Assembly: GCF_036971445.1 (NCBI RefSeq)
Contig: NC_091476.1
Span: 24,738,001-24,802,000, forward strand
Origin: Narcine bancroftii
Lineage: Eukaryota
Direction of reading: 5' to 3'
DNA: 64,000 nucleotides
Numbering within the stretch: the stretch's first letter is position 1; every line of letters starts with the position of its first letter. This document shows positions 27,301 to 41,039 of this stretch, piece by piece. Under the pieces are notes generated by a model, which worked only from the letters and a program-made list of their open reading frames with translations, did no database searches and was not told where the DNA came from. The position numbers were made by a program, and so were the translations under genes.

Positions 27301-29843
27301 ATTCAAGTATTTCCATGACATTAAATGTGCCCTGATTAGGGCAAGTAGGTTAAAATTCAACCCTGTTAGAACAACTAATGCAAAAATAAAATGCTGACCC
27401 ATTCCTTGCTTGGAAATCAAGAGAAAGGACAGTCAGAGAAAGATGTCTAGACAGACAGCAAATTGAAATGGGGTAAGTATAGGTAAATTATTGTCTTCCT
27501 TTAATCATAAAAGTACATTGAAAAATTTGTTCTATGCTCACCTATGTTTCCCTTTCACATGCAACTCCAAAAGAATCAAATTTAAATTCTTGGGTAGAGC
27601 AGGGGAGATGAGGAGGCACGATGTTAAGGTTTCTTGTGAATTGCTCACAGACAAGAAAATCTTGCAAACTCTCCAGAGTTTGGATGTCTTTGTGGCTTAC
27701 AATCCATTTGAAATCGCAATAACCAAGTCGAACTCCATGTGCATCAGTGATTCCACTTAAGAAAGTACAGCTGAAGTGTTTCCAAGTGAATGAGATATGT
27801 CAAGATTTTCTTTAGTTGCAGGTCAAAACTAATTGCAGGCCAATTAATTTAAAATTTCCACTAATCACATTAAATTTCCTGGTCCACCAAATATAAATAA
27901 TTAGTCAGAACCCGAGATGCAAACCCTTGGAATTGTACAACAAGCAAGAGGAAAAGGAATCGTAACAAATTGGACAACATTTTGGTGGAACTTATTATTT
28001 CTTGCCAATTGAAATCTATAGACCTGGATGAAAGAAAAACTACTTTTAGAAGTGAGGTTATGGCTGTGTGACACATGGCACAAATTTTTTCCAATTTGCG
28101 TGATACAGAAAATCTAAAATGATCTTTGTGTTCATCTTGAAGTTCTCTTTCATAATCCAAATTGTTTTTCAGAAAACAAATCTTTTGAAAACATTTGTTG
28201 TCCATTGTAATGGAACCAAGTTTTGATCTGAGATTTGCATTACCATTAATCTGCAAACTGTACCGCATTGAAACACAAATATCCTTTGGATAGCAGGTTA
28301 TCTAGAAATCTTGCTGTTCCTGGGACCAGAACCTGAATTAGCAGGGTGGTAATTTATTTTCAAGAATTGAAAAAAAAAAAATAGTTTGTGGTGCAAAAGG
28401 CAACATTGGCTCCTAAAATCTTTTTCCCTGTAAAGCATTGCCAATTTTTTTGAGGCATGATTAATGGCTAATTCACAACCCAAAGAGTAATGCCATGGTG
28501 TCCACTCATCAGTTTGCCTTTATCCCTTTACCAAATGTTCTTTATGAACAAGAAGAACAGATGGCCAAAATGAAGCAATTTGGATCACTCAATACTTCTC
28601 CAGAAACTATGGTTCCCCAAGTTGCATCAGTTCAATTGGTCCCTATTTGCAATCATTCTGATGCCCGTGGAAGTAGCCTGGAAGATAGAAAAATGAGAAC
28701 AAGTCTGAATATTAAAGAATGCTTGTACTTCTGAAATATCAGGTTAGATACTATTTATTGTCATGTAAGAAAGCAGAGATGTAATATTGCACAAAATTGC
28801 TTTTTGCCTGTCTTAGGCAGACAAAGATTTAGTGTTTGAATTGCCCAGCACCCCTTAAAGTCAGAAAGAAAAGCAAAAGAGTCCCTCCGAGTGACTGAAT
28901 GTCCGTTGGTTCTTCTCCAGCGCTCCTGCTACCTCTGTAGCCACTCAAGATTCAGTTAAGTTCAAACTATTGGCAATCCGAGCCCAGATCTAAACCTCCG
29001 ACAGGATGAGGAAGCCTACGGGTCCTTCAGTAGACCTCCTTGTCCTCTGTATTCTCTCTAATCCTGGTTCTGATATCCTGGTTCTCGTGAGCCAGCACCC
29101 TGCAACCTGGTGTGAGTCCTTTGACCTCACATCGCCTGCAGCCGGTGTGTGTTCCTCGCCCATGAGTCGGAAACATCTTGCCGCCTGTGTGTGTCCTTCA
29201 ACCGCAGAGCCCTTTGCTGGTCCATCACCTTTCTTGGGGTTGTCTTCTCAATGGAGGGGATGTTCTTCCTGTTACTGGTGCCCTGTGACAGTTCACTGCT
29301 CCCTCCCCCAGAGTCTTAAACCACTCGAGCCTGCTGCCGATCACAGATGCTGCCATCTTGGGCCCATACCCTGGAATTGCAGAATATTAAAACACTGCTG
29401 GCTCCTTTAACAGGCCTGAATAGAAGAGTTGGCAGAAGGACTGGGTGGTAGGATTCCCCCACGGGGAGTGCTTTGCCTCTGCTCCCTGCTCCCCCCCAGG
29501 TCTGCACCAACAGCAGCTCTGGCAGTACTGCTAACTTTTTTCTATCTACAGTAACCAAGGAAACTTGTAGGTCCTGTTAACACTGTTTTTAAATCTATGG
29601 ACATTTGTCCATTTTATTATCTTTGCAATGATGCTTTTGGATTTAAGAATTATAATTCATCTTTGAGAAATTCATCAGTTGCATAAATCCAATATTTTGA
29701 AGGCAAGCCACTTGCGAGAACATTTCTAGTAGAGAAGCAGTGCATCCAAGAGGCTTCTTTGCATCGTTGAAAGCCAATCTAAATATTTGTTGAATTAGGA
29801 AATTTCTAACATTTATATAGGGTAATTCCTCTTATCCTATTTC

Positions 29844-30023
29844 CCCACCTCACTGACAAAAGACAAAGGAGGAAAAACCCAACACCCAACCCCAACCAAC
29901 CAATTTTCCGCTGCAACCGTGTCTGCCTGTCCCGCATCGGACTTGTCAGCCACAAACAAGCCTGCAGCTGACGTGGGCATTTACCCCCTCCATAAATCTT
30001 CGTCCGCGAAGCCAAGCCAAAGA
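29844..30023 (+). mobile_element. Short 5'-truncated RTE LINE 3' end
   Basis: Near-identical to the ends of the 20215-20924 and 46472-47045 copies; ATTTCCC on both flanks (TSD-like). Confidence 0.85.
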
Positions 30024-31109
30024 TTTCCCAATAACAATGATATTGGCATCTGTGGTTTCTATTCCTTCCTGGTTTATCTAATACCATAAAGGGTACTGAT
30101 TGTCTTTCTTCGAATCTATCCAAAGTCTATTTTACTTTTTGTAAGTGAAGTTAGTGTTACTCTGCATTAGGCTCCGTGTGTGGTCTCATCTATATTTTGA
30201 GCAGTTGCATTATTTCCTGGACTTTGTTAATTTAATCCTATTAAGTAAACACAGCAGCATTTCTCAATATACATTACAATTTCAAGCAGGCCTGAGATAA
30301 CATTTTTAAAAAATATTAGCAAATAAAGAAGGTTGGAATTGATTGACTAAGCCCCCAAAATATGTGTGGGAACCAGGATACTAAATAATTATGTTTTGGC
30401 CAGCATGTTGATTTGTGCTGTCTTTTGAACCAATGCTGCATGCAGCCATTTTATGCCATGTTTGACATTTAATATCATGAATAACTTGGTCTAATGTAAT
30501 TTGATTTGATCTGGCCTATGACACTTTGAGCAAAGGATAAATAACCTCGAGAGAAAAATAACATTCAGGTTTCAGAAAATGCACAAAAGGCTTAGGAGAA
30601 CTATAGAAAGATTGTGAATCCTTGGGGAACTGGGAAGAGGCAGATGGTGGGGTCGGGGGTGAGGAGGGAACAGTTTAAATCTATGGCAGAATTATAAGGA
30701 CCATTTATTTATTATAGTACAATAAAATTTAACAATCTAACCCAATGCATCAATCAGAGTGAATTCATCTTCAGCTATTCATTCTTAGCAATAATGTGGA
30801 GGGTCCTGCAATGGTTCTAAATTAATGCTTTATAGCTAACTTCATCAGGGAAGGGGAATGTTTCCAAAATATTAAGGAGAAGATAGTTAAAACATTGGAT
30901 ATGTTGAAAAATTTATAGCATGGTGATGTGTGAGTTTAAGGTAGGTATGTCAACACGATGAGATTGGAGGCAATTGAGGTTTTTGGAGAAAATTATGGTA
31001 GCTCTAATCATGACCTTGTTCTTCAATTAAGGGGTTGGTTCCAGATGATTGAAAAGTAGCAAATATTACTCGCTGTTCAAAAAAAAAATCAAGGTAAAAC
31101 CTAAAAACT

Positions 31110-31465
31110 ACAATAAGACTTAGAAGCAGAATCAAGCTATTCAACCCATCGAGTCTTCTCCACCATTCAACTCATGGCTGATGTATTTTTCCTTTCAGCC
31201 CCATTTTTCTTCTTGCTTCTCATAACGTTTGAACCCTTATTAATCAATAACTTGTCAACCTCTCCTTTAAATATACTCAATAGCTGGTCTTCAACAGTCG
31301 GTGGCAATGAATTCCACAGATTCACCATGCTGTGGCTGAAGAAATTTCTCCTCATTACTATCCTAAAGAGATGTTTTTTTTAATTTGAGCTTTTCCTTCT
31401 GGTCATAGACTTCCCTTCTACAGTACTAGATGTTATTTTTTTTCCACATCCATTCTATCCAGCCC
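31110..31465 (-). mobile_element. CR1 LINE 3' fragment
   Basis: MRRNFFSHSMVNLWNSLP...IFKGEVDKLL matches the CR1 ORF2 end. Confidence 0.7.
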
Positions 31466-31874
31466 TTGGTGTGGCCATATGTGGAATATTGTGCAAGCTT
31501 TGTTTCTTTAACTGAGAAAGAATATAGTACCATTGGAGGTTATTTTAGTTTTAGAGATGCAACACTGTAATGGGCCCTTCTGGCCCATGACCCCACACTG
31601 CCCAATACACCCATGTGTCCAGTTAATCTACTAACCCAACACATCTTTGAAATGTGGGAGAAAACCCTCGCAGACATGGGGAGAATGTACAAACTCCTTG
31701 GATCAACTAGGCTGTACGGTGGGATGAGGGTTTTTTTCTTTCAATAAAAGGCTAAACAGTAATTTAGATGAATGAGGGTGATCTCATGGAATCACCTAAA
31801 GTCCTTAGGCAGCGTGACAGGATCGGTGTTGAGATTTTTTTAAACTTTCAAACAAGGGGACATAGTTTCAAAAT

Positions 31875-32143
31875 AAGTGACCGGGCCAAGCCTTCACTGC
31901 TACAATCGGGAGGGGAAAAAATTACAGGAGCCTAAAGATGAGCACTCAATGGCACAAGGATAGCTTCTTCCCCGCTGCCATCAGACTCTTGAATAATCAA
32001 TGAAGCAAGGACATTGTCTTACTTTCTGTGCATGTTTATTTTAATTTTTTTATTTGTAGTAATGTTGTAAGATGGTTATAATATGAATGTTTGCTCTATG
32101 ATTCTGCTACAAAATAGAATTTCATGACAATAAATTCTGATTT
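31875..32143 (+). mobile_element. Rex1-like LINE 3' end
   Basis: Shares CACAAGGA.AGCTTCTTCCCCGCTGCC.TCAGA and a CATGACAAT.AATTCTGATT tail with 39600-39850. Confidence 0.6.
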
Positions 32144-33670
32144 AGCAAAATGTAAGCCACTGCCATAATCTCCAGGGTCACGCAACCTTCAAGAGTAGTG
32201 ATTTGGACTTGCTTGGCCTTGTTCCTTGTCATCTGTATTTGGCTAGGTTGAACATGCCAGCAGCCAACTTGATGCACAGCTACACCCACTTTCTCATGGC
32301 AATATCCAAATTGTGGTGTTTATCTAATTCCCCTGAAATTGTATGGCTACAGGGACCATGCTTTCTTGTGGTTCAACAGAACTCCTGTTCTTCATGCCTG
32401 ATACAGGATCCTCTATTCTTCTTGTGTGATGCCAGTCTTTGAGTTTCTTTGGTGTGGCATAAGGTGCAATGACAAACAGCTCATCAGTATCGTCATCTTC
32501 TTGTTCCCTCCCGTTCTCCATTTACGGGTCCACATCTCCTTCTGCAACTTGGTGATGGGTTGGGAAAGGCCTCTCCTCCTACTCTTCCAAGACAATACAG
32601 CAGAGATTTGCATTTATAAACTATTCATAAGCCTGAATTATTTCCAAGGGATTTGTCGCATTTTCAGTTTCCTCCTCAGATGAGATTTTATTTTTGTACA
32701 GATGAATCCTGTTAAACTTTTCTTTTTGTTAAACTTTAAAATGAGAAAACCTCCTAATAACAATGCCACCAAATCAGCTGCAAAGTATAGCAAATATAGT
32801 CAGGTTCATCTGCAATAAACTACAGCAAGAAATGGAAATGCCCTCAAAATTGCAAAGACGTGTAGATGGTGTGTCTCTGGATCTTACTTCAAGTCGGGGC
32901 AAAATAAACTGTTGCCAGTCCAGTAAAATATAGTTCTTCCTTGGCACTTAATTATTTTCAGAGTGGCTATTGACTCGTCATGATGTTATCAGAAGATTTA
33001 GTGTCTGTCATAGAAAAAAAATCTATTGTTATCAAAGTTATTTAATCTCTGATGATGCTTCAAGATAGAGGATCACAGAAAGGATAACATTGTTTTTGTT
33101 CTTGGGTTTCTGTAATTATTTCTTGTATTATCTTTAAATGGGGAGTATTTCCTTCACCCAACCTAAAGTAAAGAGCAGACATCTAAGTAATTTATCCACA
33201 AAATTGGATATATTTTGATTACTTGGTGAGATGCAATGTCATGTACATTCAAAAAATCTGAGTGCCTTTAATACTACTTGCTGATTAAATGCCATATCAA
33301 ATTGAATTGAGAGATTGACTCAAAGTTTGAATAACTTATTAATGTTCCGATTACTCTGTTAATAAGATCTCTTAAAAACTGAAGGAATGACTTTGAAATC
33401 TGCTGGTAGATAACACTGAAATAACAACACAAACAAATCCAGGCTTTTTAAAAGGTGTGGGTAAAGCACAAAAGTCTGCAGACACTATGATTGAAGTAAA
33501 AAAATACAATGCTAGAGAAACTCTGCAGGTCAAACAGTGTACTTTATGTAGCACAGAAAAAGGTACATAACTAACATTTTGGGCTTGAGCCCTTCATCAA
33601 GGCTTATTCATACAGGCCCAAGCCTGAAACAATAGTTGTGTATCTTTGCATTTTAACATAAACCCAGTGT

Positions 33671-33844
33671 TGTCATGATAATGAATATGTATGAGATGTA
33701 CCGGAAGTCACGTGGTATGAGAGAGATAAGAACACAAGCAGGAGAACAAAGGAAACGGGAGAATAAAAGCCACTGAGAGGTTTACCTGATAAAACTTGTG
33801 TTTAATGTTTTATTAACTTCACATTTCGGGCCACAAATGTGACA
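33671..33844 (+). repeat. 5' LTR, 174 bp
   Basis: Identical to the 3' LTR except for one GA unit in a GA run; contains CCGGAAGTCACGTGG and AATAAA. Confidence 0.95.
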
Positions 33845-33845
33845 T

Positions 33846-33859
33846 TGGCGACGAGGATG
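33846..33859 (+). promoter_or_regulatory. Primer-binding site complementary to the tRNA-Ser(GCU) 3' end
   Basis: TGGCGACGAGGATG is the reverse complement of CATCCTCGTCGCCA, the recalled vertebrate tRNA-Ser(GCT) 3' end. Confidence 0.8.
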
Positions 33860-33973
33860 AAAGAAGCTTGAAGAAAATTAAAGACTAAACAAGATTACAG
33901 AGGATTACAGACAACTTCAAGGTGATAAGAATTTTCTCTTTGCTTAGTACTTTTGGGGCTGGAATATTTCCTC

Positions 33974-36900
33974 ATGGCTAGGGCAGACGGTGACTTTCTA
34001 ACACATAGTGGAATTGCTCATTTTGACCCAACGGGTGATGCAAGCACTGTAAGTGTGAAGTGGAAGGCATGGCTGGAAGAATTTGAATCCTATGCCGACA
34101 GTCGTGGCCTATTTCTAGATACCGGTACAGTTGAACAAAAAGCGCAGAGGAGGGCGTTACTTCTTTTCACTGCAGGACCCACAGTTCGGGAAACATTTAA
34201 GACACTTTTGAATACTGGAAGAAAGGATGAGTACCGGAAGGCGGTAGATGCATTAAATGCACACTATGTAGTGACACCGAATGCTACATTTCAATGCCAT
34301 TTGTTTCGGAGAACGAGACAAGAAGATGGCCAGACAATTGCTCAGTACGTGACGAGACTACGCCAGCTAGCTGTTGGATGCAATTACATGCCAGCTGATT
34401 TGGACAACCAATTATTGGATCAAGTCGTACAGCACTGCAGATCAGATAAACTCAGAAGACGTCTACTGGAAAGAGGGAGTGAGTTGGAACTCACCGATGC
34501 TTTAACCATTGCTGCTGCATTAGAGGCTGTTGAAGGGCAATTTCATACCATGACCCTGAAAGACAACTCAAGCCAGCAAATTAAGAGGCTCTCACATCGC
34601 CATAACCAGCCAAGATATACGTCGACACAGGACGTGGAATGTTATCGATGTGGAAACCGAGGTCACTTTGGAAAAGACCCATATTGCCTGGCCAAAGGCA
34701 AAGTTTGCAGAAAGTGTGGAGGTAAGGACCACTTTGCAAAGAAGTGCAAAAGCAAGTCCAATGCAGACCAGAAGAGGAAGAGTACAACTTCCAAAGGCAA
34801 AGCCTGGGGGAAAGGAAAGTATCCTGGAAAGAAAGATACCATTCGCCAGATAGACGGTGATGATGATGATACCCAGGAGGAACAGAGTTGTTACCAATTT
34901 ACGTTGAATGAAGTACGTCATGAGAAGGTCCCAGTGATCATTGGTGGAGTGACAGTTCAGGTCATTGTAGACTCAGGCAGTGACAGTAATGTGATTGATC
35001 GACATTTATGGGAGAAGTTGAAAAGGAAAAAGATCATCTGTATCTCAAAGAAGTGTTCCAAGAAACTGTATCCATACACGGCAACCAAGCCATTGCAGAC
35101 CATTGGATGTTTTACTGCAACTGTTGAAGCTGGAGATAAGTACACCGAAGCAGAGTTTACGGTCATAGAAGAGAGGGGAGAACCATTGCTGAGAAGAAAG
35201 CAAGACCTGGCAATACTTCATATTGGAGCTTGTGTCAATTCAATTCAGTCATACGAGGATATGAGCAAGAATTCCCCGTAGTCTTCCAAGGAGTAGGAAA
35301 GCTGAAAGGTCGACAATTGAAGCTAGCGGTAGATGAAACGGTCAAACCCAAGGCACAACCAATGCGCCGAACTCCGTTTGGACTTCATGGGAAAGTCTAA
35401 GCCAAAATTAAAGAATTGATCGAACAAGACATTATTGAACCTGTGGAACATTCGACTCAATGGGTCAGTCCCGTAGTGATTGTGCCCAAACCAAAGGGTG
35501 ACATAAGACTATGTGTTGACATGAGAATGGCCAATGAAGCTATAGTTCGAGAACGACACCCTATACCAACAGTGGAGGAAATACTTCAAGAACTAACTAC
35601 CAGCAAGATATTCTCAAAAATTGATCTGAAATGGGGCTATTATCAATTAGAGCTGGATCCAGGTTCCCGAGATATGACAACATTTGTGACTCACTGTGGA
35701 TTGTATCGTTACAAGAGACTATCATTTGGAATTAATGCAGCTTCGGAGATCTACCAGTATGAAATCCATCGAGTGATTCAAGGCATTCCTGGAGTTGCCA
35801 ACATTTCTGACGACATCATAGTCCATGCACCAACGAAGGAAGAGCATGACAAACGGTTGAGGTGTGTACTATCTAGACTACAGGAGGCAGGCCTTACCGT
35901 GAATGGAAACAAGTGCCAGTTTGGTGTGTCAGAAATGGACTTCATGGGACACAGACTTACACGGGAAGGACTAAACCCTGCAGAGGCCAAGGTGAAAGCT
36001 ATTGCAGAGGCCCGTGCACCTCAGAACGCAACAGAGGTGAGGAGTTTCCTGGGATTGGTCAATTTTTGTGCAAAGTTCATTCCTAATTTCGCTACAGTGG
36101 CAGAACCACTAAGGAAACTAACCAGGAAAGGTGTGCCATTTCATTTTGGATCTGAGCAAAAGAAAGCGTTCACAGCGCTAAAGCAAAGCCTGACAGATGC
36201 AAAAACTCTTGGATATTACGATCCGGCGGCATCAACCAAAGTCATAGCGGATGCCAGCCCAGTTGGTTTAGGAGCCGTGTTGGTCCAGATGCATGATGGA
36301 GGACCAAGAATCATTGCCTATGCCAGCAGATCGTTATCAGATGTGGAAAGAAGATACTCTCAGACAGAGAAAGAAGCACTCGGACTTGTATGGGCCTGTG
36401 AGAGGTTCCATGCATATTTATACGGCATTGAATTTGAACTCACCACAGATCATAAGCCATTAGAGGTGATCTATGCACCTAGATCCAAACCATGTGCCAG
36501 AATAGAGAGATGGGTACTCAGACTACAACCACATTGCAGGGAAAGCAAACATTGCAGATCCGCTGTCCAGATTGGTGAAGGATGGTGGTCCACATTCCAA
36601 GTCAGAATTGGGAACAGAAACAGAGACCTTTGTACGCTTCGTAGCTATTCAGGCGACACCGAAAGCTGTGACTATGAAGGAAGTCGAGAGAGAATCCGAA
36701 CGTGTTCCAGAACTCATGGAAGTAAGAGAATGCATACAGAGTGGACAATGGGACAAGTGTACTCACAAGGCTTACATTCCCATTAGAGACGAACTTTGTT
36801 GCATCGGACAGTGTGTATTAAGAGGTTGCAGATTGGTGATACCGCAAAGATTGAGACCGAAGATTGTATCCTTAGCGCATGAAGGACACTTAGGTATTGT

Positions 36901-38038
36901 TGGTACCAAGCAAAACCTCAGAACCAAGGTATGGTGGCCAGGTTGTGATAAAGACGCAGAGAGATTTGTTAAAACTTGTCACGGATGTCAAATCACAAGT
37001 AGGAGTAATCTGCCAGAACCGATCCGGAGTACGCAACTTCCGACAGGACCATGGATCGACGTAGCTGTTGATTTTCTTGGACCTTTACCGACGGGTGAAT
37101 CAATTATGGTAGTGATAGATTACTACAGCAGATACTATGAGTACGTGGTGTTGAAGTCCACAACCACTGAAAAAATAATACAAGCATTAGCAGAGATATT
37201 CGCAAGATATGGATTACCTGTTACATTATACTCTGACAATGGTCCACAATTCATTTCAGAGACATTTGCGGAATACATGAGAACCACAGGTATCCACCAT
37301 CATAAAGTAACTCCGAAATGGCCGCAAGCCAATGGAGAAGTAGAGAGACAAAATCAGTCCATTGAAAAACGATTGAGGATTGCACACGCAGAAGGACAAA
37401 ATTGGCGAGAAGCATTGCTATCTTATGTGGCTGTCTATCGAGCAACGCCTCATGCAACCACTGGAAAAAGTCCTGCAGAAGCATTTTTTGGGAGAAAAAT
37501 CCGCACAAAAATGCCAGAAATAAAGGAAATCCGAGACGACCAGGAGATGAGGGACCACGATGCTGAAAAGAAAGGTGCAGCAAAGCTGTACACAGATTCG
37601 AAACGTAGAGCCAAGTACTCAGACATCATGCCAGGAGATAATGTTCTAGTGAGGCATGAAACTGGTGGTAAGCTAGACACACCTTATTACCATCAACCCT
37701 ATACTGTCGTATCCAGAAGTGGCAGTATGGTGACAGTCAAGTCTCCGACTGGAGTCCTGTATAAGAGAAATGTCTCAGGTGTAAAAAGGTACCAGTCCAG
37801 AGATACATCGAGCGAAGAGGTTGAAAGGCCAATACGAGATGCTGAAACTGAGAGACCTGATGATGTTCCAGAGGCAGTTACCAGCACTCCTGATGAAGTG
37901 ACTAGAGCGCCAGAAACACTCGAAGCCGTGGCGAGCAGTATTGCCGACGCCGAGAGTGAACAACCGAGAAGCGACGACAATATCGCAGGCAGGCCGAAAC
38001 AGAAACCGCCCAAACGATACGAAGACTTTGTGCCATAG
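33974..38038 (+). pseudogene. Gypsy gag-pol polyprotein, disrupted (frameshift about 35200-35280, in-frame TAA 35398-35400, frameshift/deletion about 36530)
   Basis: CYRCGNRGH and CRKCGGKDH knuckles; protease IVDSGS; RT RLCVD/KIDL/ISDD; RNase H ADAS, TDHKPL; integrase HEGH..CHGC, VAVDF, SDNG, NGEVER. Confidence 0.92.
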
Positions 38039-38216
38039 TTTTAATAAGAACTTTGGGACAGTATTTTAATCTTATATCATAAAGTGCATGTATGAGTGCT
38101 GTAGGAAGTAAATTTTATGTAGTTGAGTTATAGTATTACCATTAGTTACGATGTTTGTATGTTTCCGAGGGATATTGGTAAGTGAAGGTAAAGTTTATTT
38201 CTGATTAAAGGAGGGA

Positions 38217-38392
38217 TGTCATGATAATGAATATGTATGAGATGTACCGGAAGTCACGTGGTATGAGAGAGAGATAAGAACACAAGCAGGAGAACAAAGG
38301 AAACGGGAGAATAAAAGCCACTGAGAGGTTTACCTGATAAAACTTGTGTTTAATGTTTTATTAACTTCACATTTCGGGCCACAAATGTGACA
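38217..38392 (+). repeat. 3' LTR, 176 bp
   Basis: Direct repeat of 33671-33844, preceded by the PPT and followed by the TSD. Confidence 0.95.
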
Positions 38393-39049
38393 AGTGTCTC
38401 CAGCAGTGTGTTTTTATTTTAAAATATCCAGTCATTTCAATTAATTGATTTGAACTGTAAATCAGAATATGTATACCTCTATCTGAAAAGACGTGAGGAA
38501 ACTTTGTAATTGGCAAGGATAAAAATTTACACCGTTACATGTGGTAGTCCAAGGATTTTGCTGAATTTGGTTGTCCCTTTTGGTTTCCCTATTTGGGAGA
38601 TCACCTTCTGGACTGGGATCCAAAGAATGGGCATTGTGATGGTGCTCACTTTGGGACCAGCCTGCACATACTGTCCAGACATTCTTTCTAGATGTATGGC
38701 TAAAGGTGCATAAGAAATCCATCCTTGCAGCAGTACAGGAAGTGTCTCTGGAGTAGAAAAATCACTGCAGCAATACAGCACACCTCTTATTTGTATCATA
38801 GCAAGAGTCATCTAAATTCCTGGAGGCACATGTCAACACAAAGCTGCTAATTTGGTAATTAGAAAGTGAGGCGTACACATCGACATAATTGGGAATATGA
38901 GATGCACTTTGATTGTAACTGATGCATTGAATTCTCGGCAAGGTTTTGGAAGATGAAGGAGTTGCAAGGTGCTCAGACCTGAAATGTTGACTTACCATTT
39001 CTAACCTTGGATTCTGTCTGACCTACTGAGTTCCTCCAGCAATTCTTTG

Positions 39050-39850
39050 CCTGCTCATGAAGTTCCACTGCTCTACTCATTATACACCCATGAGTGGGTG
39101 GCCAGGCACAATTCCAATGCTATTTACAAATTTGCCAATGACACCACGATTGTTGTCAGAATCACAAATGCCAATGAGAAAGTGTCCAGGTGGGAGATGG
39201 ATCAGCTCTTTGAGTTGTGTTATGCCCACAACCCAGTCTTCATTGAGGGCTCATTAGTGGAGAGCTTCAAAACTTCAAATTTCAGGGTGCCAACATCTCC
39301 GAGGATCTGTCTTGGAGCCTCCATGTTGATGCAATCATGAAGAAGGCTCACCAGAGGCTATACTTTGTGAGGTGTTTGAGGAGATTCAGTATTTCACCGA
39401 AGTCTCTCAAACTTCCACTGGTGTGCTACCAGTGGTAGTATCACTGTCTGGTATAGAGGTGCCAATAATAAACTCCAGAGGGTTGTTACCCTGGCACCAG
39501 ACTTCACTCCATCAAGGACTTCTACATGAGGTGGTGTCTTTATTTTTTTTGAAAGAAAGCCGCCTCTATCCTCAAAGATCCCAACTACCCAGGCCATGCC
39601 CTCTTCACTCTGCCACTATCGGGGTGGGGGGGGGGGAAGGTACAGAAACCTGTAGATGAGCAATCAGTGGCACAAGGACAGCTTCTTCCCCGCTGCCGTC
39701 AGATCAATGAACCAAAGACTACCTTACTTTTCATGCGTTATTTTTAAAGTTTATTTTTAAGGTGGTTATAATATGAATGTTTACATTATGATGTTGCTGC
39801 AAAACACCAAATTTTGTAATTTGTTCATGACAATGAATTCTGATTCTGAA
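39050..39850 (+). mobile_element. Rex1-like LINE fragment
   Basis: PLLYSLYTHEWVARHNSNAIYKFANDTTIV (RT, degenerate FADD) and a TTCTGA-repeat tail. Confidence 0.7.
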
Positions 39851-41039
39851 TTCTTGACCAGCTGTACAAAAGGAGGAAAACAAAATGAAAGAGAATAGTT
39901 ATGGCCTCTTTGCCCCTTAAGCCTGCCTCCACATTCAAAATGATCATGGGGAAAATGTGTCCAAGACCTCATTTCCTCTGCCCTGCTGCTTCCCTTTTGC
40001 CTTAGTTGTCCAGTTTTTGTTTTTGGTTACCCTCTGTTGGTCCCAGCCTCCATGACATCTTGGGGTTCAAAGTTCAAGAGTTACCAACCTCTTTGTTGCC
40101 AAATGTTGAATGTCAGAAGAATGACATAATTTCTGACCAGGAAACCAATTAGTTCTCCAAGGAAAGGAAAGTGGTCAAGCACTGGGAGTTGGGAGTGAGG
40201 GCAGGGATCCGAGACACAGTTAATAATGTTAGCAAAGCAGTTGGAACGAGAAAGTAAAAGTTAAGTGAAATTAATGGGTTTGCAATGCATTAAATATCTA
40301 CATTTAGAATCTCCTATATAACTTCCCCAATACCTAGTCTATTAGCTGTTCAAATATTGCAGGAAACAAGAAGATTTCATTGAATAGGTGATACTTGACA
40401 GTTTTAGTGCGGAACAAAATTACAGCTGTTGCGTGTGGGGAAAACAAGAAACGTCTCTGACTGGAGAGCAAATAAATAATAGAGAACCAGCAGTTGCATA
40501 TTTTTGCTGCTTGAGGCAATCAATTTCACTCCAATAACTGAAAATATATTTCAAGATGGTTTTAGAGGCAATGTTATATTATGGATTCAGTGATCCCAGC
40601 TTGCTTAGCACACCGATGCCATGAATTGCAAAATAATGCATTGCAGAAATACAGTACAGAAAAATATTTGCAAATTGCTTGAATGTCAGTAATAAAAACA
40701 ATGCTACAAATATTAGAAATTATTTTGCAGAAACTAATCAAATCCCCATCTATCAGTATTCATTTCTCAAGTGAAGTGCAGTTTAAATTAAAACTCAAGT
40801 CCTTTGAAATGTTTTATTCAGAGTATTGGCCATGGCTCGATCAACTCTCTGGTTACCCAAATTTAGGACCAGCTGTATTTATGATTAAAGATTTTCAGTT
40901 CTCAAAACTTCAGATGAATATTTACAAATTTTCAATTAAAGCTCGATCTATTCAGAATTTTCAAAACTATAAAGAATAAGTAATCCCTTCAATATGAAAG
41001 TCTGGTCTTACATAATGCAGTATTTGTATTTTATCACAG

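Larger units (their letters stand above)
33671..38392 (+). mobile_element. Full-length Ty3/Gypsy LTR retrotransposon (Mag-like, two CCHC knuckles) in KCTD intron 1
   Basis: LTRs 33671-33844 and 38217-38392 (TGT..ACA). TSD AGTGT at 33666-33670 and 38393-38397. PBS TGGCGACGAGGATG at 33846. PPT AAAGGAGGGA at 38207-38216. Gag-PR-RT-RH-IN order. Confidence 0.97.

Noticed and set aside
28745-29560. GC-richer block with a 134-aa ORF (29006-29410) in the KCTD intron
   Set aside because: No recognisable domain or convincing phase-1 splice sites; likely an unclassified repeat.
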